Source: Candidatus Lambdaproteobacteria bacterium RIFOXYD2_FULL_50_16
Lineage (GTDB): Bacteria; SAR324; XYD2-FULL-50-16
Direction of reading: 5' to 3'
DNA length: 64,000 nucleotides
Assembly: GCA_001783695.1 (NCBI GenBank)
Contig: MFNE01000046.1
Coordinates: 30,143 to 94,142 of the forward strand
Positions 61,450 to 64,000 of the stretch are shown one piece after another. Numbering within the stretch: position 1 is the stretch's first letter; each line of letters begins with the position of its first letter. Made by a program: the position numbers and the translations under genes. The notes under the pieces are model-generated. The model did not search any database and was not told where the DNA came from. It saw only the letters and a list, made by a program, of their open reading frames with translations.

Positions 61450-61911
61450 ATGAAAAATCTAGTTAAACTCACCGCCGAAGAGCGACATTGGTTAGTACTG
61501 GCAGTAACCCATATTATTCTTGCCGAAGGAGCGGCAGAAAAAGTGGAAAAAGCCTATTTGAAAAAATTGTTGGATACGATCTTTAGTGGGGACACGAAAG
61601 AAATATTGGCTGAAATATCGGAACTTTTTCGCAGCAAAACCCTCCCTGCGCTCAAAAAAATACAAACCTCCGACCTCGACAATCTCGTGTACATGCTCGA
61701 CATCATTGCCTGCTCGGTGTTTGTTAACGGGAAAAAGCCCAAAAGCCAGACGGCGAAATACTTTGAGGCCGGTCAAGCACTTGGGGTCAATATCGGCACC
61801 TTGTCCTTCCGTTTAAGCTTAGAAGCCGAAAAATTTCGTGTAAATCGCAAGCTTGCTCAAATAAGAACAGATATCAAAGAAGACCGGCTAAGAACCTTGC
61901 AGGTTAAGTGA
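61450..61911 (+). CDS. Hypothetical protein, TerB-like (DjlA N-terminal-like) helical domain
   Basis: The ATG at 61450 follows an AAGGAA ribosome-binding site. LTAEERHWLVLAVTHIILAEGAAEKVEKAYLKKLL fits the TerB-family pattern. Confidence 0.45.
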   Translation: MKNLVKLTAEERHWLVLAVTHIILAEGAAEKVEKAYLKKLLDTIFSGDTKEILAEISELFRSKTLPALKKIQTSDLDNLVYMLDIIACSVFVNGKKPKSQTAKYFEAGQALGVNIGTLSFRLSLEAEKFRVNRKLAQIRTDIKEDRLRTLQVK

Positions 61912-61972
61912 ATGGGGGGACTGCGCCCAAAGTCAACAGGTCTGAGGGATAAAAAAATTTAAAGGGAAAACC

Positions 61973-62656
61973 ATGTTCTTGAAAATTGTTGAGTCTGCCC
62001 CTTTGCTTTTTGGAGGGACCGTAATTTTGCCAGTAGTCGCAGGGCTTTTATCAGCATACGTCGGCTTCAAAAACCTGGAAAATAGCTACGAAACCAAGCA
62101 GCATCAAGAAAGAGTCGAAGACACTCAAGAACGTCACACCGCTCAAAATGAGGAAATCCTGAGAATACAACAGGAGCATCGCAAGGAGGTGCAAGAGTTC
62201 ATGGATCGACTTGAAAGAAACATGACCCTATTTCGGGAGTATGATAACAAGCTCCCACTCGGAGATCCCAAGAGCCCAATGATTCAGGCAATGATCTCAC
62301 AATATGAAACAATGAAGAACGTGCTTTATCAATCAAGTATGGGGACTACTGAGACAATCCAACTGGAACATTCACAACTAGCTCTCGATTTGGCTCAAAG
62401 ATTAAACCGTGCGATTGGAAGTTATGTTGAAACAATGACATCTGCGGGTGAAATGCTAACGATCAATTTTGGGGGCAATAAGTTTCTTGTTCTGTTCAAA
62501 GTGCCGATGCGGATTCCACCGAGGATCGAGATACTCGATATCCCCCCATCTATTAAATACGAACTTTCGCATATTTCAACGGCTGGCTTTGAAGTAGTTT
62601 TTCAAGGTCCTCAGAAAATAGAACACTTTGGATTCATGGCGAGCGCAGAATTGTAA
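61973..62656 (+). CDS. Hypothetical membrane-anchored coiled-coil protein, in a low-GC (~43%) segment
   Basis: 227 aa. N-terminal TM helix (LLFGGTVILPVVAGLLSAYVG), a long coiled coil and a C-terminal beta-rich region. Composition is clearly AT-shifted relative to its neighbours. Confidence 0.5.
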   Translation: MFLKIVESAPLLFGGTVILPVVAGLLSAYVGFKNLENSYETKQHQERVEDTQERHTAQNEEILRIQQEHRKEVQEFMDRLERNMTLFREYDNKLPLGDPKSPMIQAMISQYETMKNVLYQSSMGTTETIQLEHSQLALDLAQRLNRAIGSYVETMTSAGEMLTINFGGNKFLVLFKVPMRIPPRIEILDIPPSIKYELSHISTAGFEVVFQGPQKIEHFGFMASAEL

Positions 62657-62658
62657 AC

Positions 62659-62844
62659 ATGAGTAACTTCAACTTACTAACCACCGAATGGCCAGACTTC
62701 TACGAGGCGGCGCTCAAAGCGGAGCGGGGTGTGTACAATCAGCCGCGCACGGCGGCGATGGAGGCCTGGTTCACCATTGAACTGGCTGTGAAGTGGCTTT
62801 CTGATCATGATTCATTTCTCAAATTATGTCCTAAAACTAGTTAA
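62659..62844 (+). pseudogene. Fragment resembling the HsdR N-terminus of type I restriction enzyme R subunits (truncated after 61 aa)
   Basis: MSNFNLLTTEWPDFYEAALKAERGVYNQPRTAAMEAWFTIELAVKWL matches the conserved N-terminus of type I HsdR and related helicases. The ORF stops abruptly and no downstream frame continues an HsdR-like sequence. Confidence 0.4.
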
Positions 62845-63716
62845 AGTTTGAAAAGCGACCCCGTTTCTTAGGTTGGTGTTAGCGAAAAAATACCTTAAAA
62901 CCAGAGGTCACAGTGGAACGATATCAACAAGAAACCCATGCAGGCAACCTTTTATCTCCATTTTCCACGCTCGACGGTCGGGAGGAGATGATCCAAAGGC
63001 GAATCCCGCTGGGCCTAGAAGCGGGCACTATCAGCGGTTTGTTCTGCGCCAGGCAGTTCACCGGGTGGGACATCCCCATTTACAATGTTAATCCGGCCAA
63101 GGGGGGCTGGACCGGAACCTAAAAAGCGCCATGCCAGGGTCCCCGCTCCCAAAGACCCTGACCCTTTTCCCACGGGAAAAACAGGCTAACTCCTTTGCTC
63201 GTGGGCCTCTTCAAGACCCCTGCACGGCAAAAACCATCTTATTTTGCTTTACAAATCAGGCGGAAATCCGGGGACACATCAAGACCACTGCATAGTTGAA
63301 GACCTTTCGATTTTTAGCTTTTCAGCCCGGTTTTTCGTCAAATTGTCGTCTTTGAGGGGCTGCTTTTCCCCGATTCTTACCGGAAAGTAGGGGATTTCGC
63401 CCTTTTTGGGCACAGTTATCCCCGTAAAAACACAAATTCACTGTTTTTTTACGTTGAAACCAAGTCTGCTGAACGCCCAAAGTTGAGCTTCCTTGAACCC
63501 AGATAGCTTGCTCTACCCAAACCGTAGTCTCGCTTTAGCCTCCCCCGCGCTTGATTTTGTAGCGGTAGCTTGAAATCAAAGGGTTCCTGGGTTGGCTCTA
63601 GAATGTCTAAAAAGTCGCAAAGAGCCGCTTTGGGGAGCCGTCCTAGACCGGAGTTGGGGATCAAAAAAAAAGATCGCAGCATTTTCCGAGAGGCTCTAGG
63701 GAAGGGGGCCCCTGAG

Positions 63717-64000
63717 TTATCGGGGTTTGGGGGCCTTTGGGGGCGCGGGGACTTCGGGGAGTTCGCAACTGATCAGATGGGTTTCGAGCGCCTCGTGGAT
63801 CCAGGCGCGCAAGGCCACGGCGTCCTGCACCTTCGTCCAGCTTTCGACAAAATCGGCCCGCTGCGCCAGTTTGGCGATGGCCGCCAGCACTTCTAGGTGC
63901 AACGCGCTTTGATCTAAGGTCGAAGCCAGCACGAAGAAAGCGATGGGATGGCTCCCCGGCTCCACCTCGACCCCTTGGTGGGCCCTACAGACGACCACCT
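63717..64000 (-). CDS. Hypothetical protein, C-terminal part (N-terminus beyond window end); GC-rich (~60%)
   Basis: The minus-strand ORF is open to the window edge. It ends ...ALRAWIHEALETHLISCELPEVPAPPKAPKPR*. Its composition contrasts with the preceding ~43% GC segment. Confidence 0.3.
   Translation of the reverse strand, partial: VVVCRAHQGVEVEPGSHPIAFFVLASTLDQSALHLEVLAAIAKLAQRADFVESWTKVQDAVALRAWIHEALETHLISCELPEVPAPPKAPKPR

Noticed and set aside
62873-63122. Overlapping plus-strand ORFs of 69-72 aa downstream of the HsdR-like fragment
   Set aside because: They mutually overlap in different frames and have no homology. They were treated as part of the noncoding or decayed stretch.
1-64000. 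tRNA, rRNA and CRISPR scan by eye (T-loop GGTTCGAATCC-like motifs, repeat-spacer periodicity)
   Set aside because: No tRNA-like motifs, rRNA signatures or regularly spaced direct repeats were found. The only repeats seen are coding low-complexity DNA within cheA.

Overview
The window is a bacterial chromosomal segment of roughly 52% GC. The composition reads as Gram-negative: Lgt, an Slt-type lytic transglycosylase, PpiD, a LolB-like lipoprotein, and a Wolinella-type frdCAB.

Gene content in order:
- 1-546, minus strand: a partial PIN-domain protein.
- 646-1548, plus strand: dapA.
- 1550-11021, minus strand: a Che-like operon with STAS, a CheA-REC hybrid, CheW, CheB, CheR and CheY, followed by a large REC-PP2C-HATPase fusion and a single REC. 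This is a chemosensory core wired to a partner-switching output, and no MCP is present in the window.
- 11225-14029, plus strand: pdxA, prmC, ispA.
- 14023-17312: a lipoprotein, slt and a hypothetical.
- 17378-35355, minus strand: a contiguous rpsL-rpsG-fusA-tuf / S10 / spc / alpha ribosomal super-operon, with secY, adk, infA, rpmJ, rpoA and rplQ. rplC (L3) and map are absent from their usual positions, and L17 carries a C-terminal tail.
- 35623-39200: frdC/sdhC, sdhA and sdhB.
- 39241-43009: a UbiA-like membrane protein, murA, tmk and holB.
- 43006-61272: housekeeping and envelope genes: metA, lgt, pheA, ppiD, a ZapB-like protein, lipoproteins, proC, serC and prfC.
- 51382-53517, minus strand: a selenocysteine-containing selD (in-frame TGA with a SECIS-like hairpin) followed by an AmmeMemoRadiSam-type radical SAM gene.
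- The last ~2.5 kb shifts in composition: a ~43% GC gene for a TM/coiled-coil protein, a 61-aa fragment resembling the HsdR N-terminus, ~870 bp of apparently noncoding DNA, and a GC-rich partial ORF at the window edge. This looks like a decayed, horizontally acquired (defense?) islet.

No rRNA, tRNA or CRISPR arrays were detected by eye.
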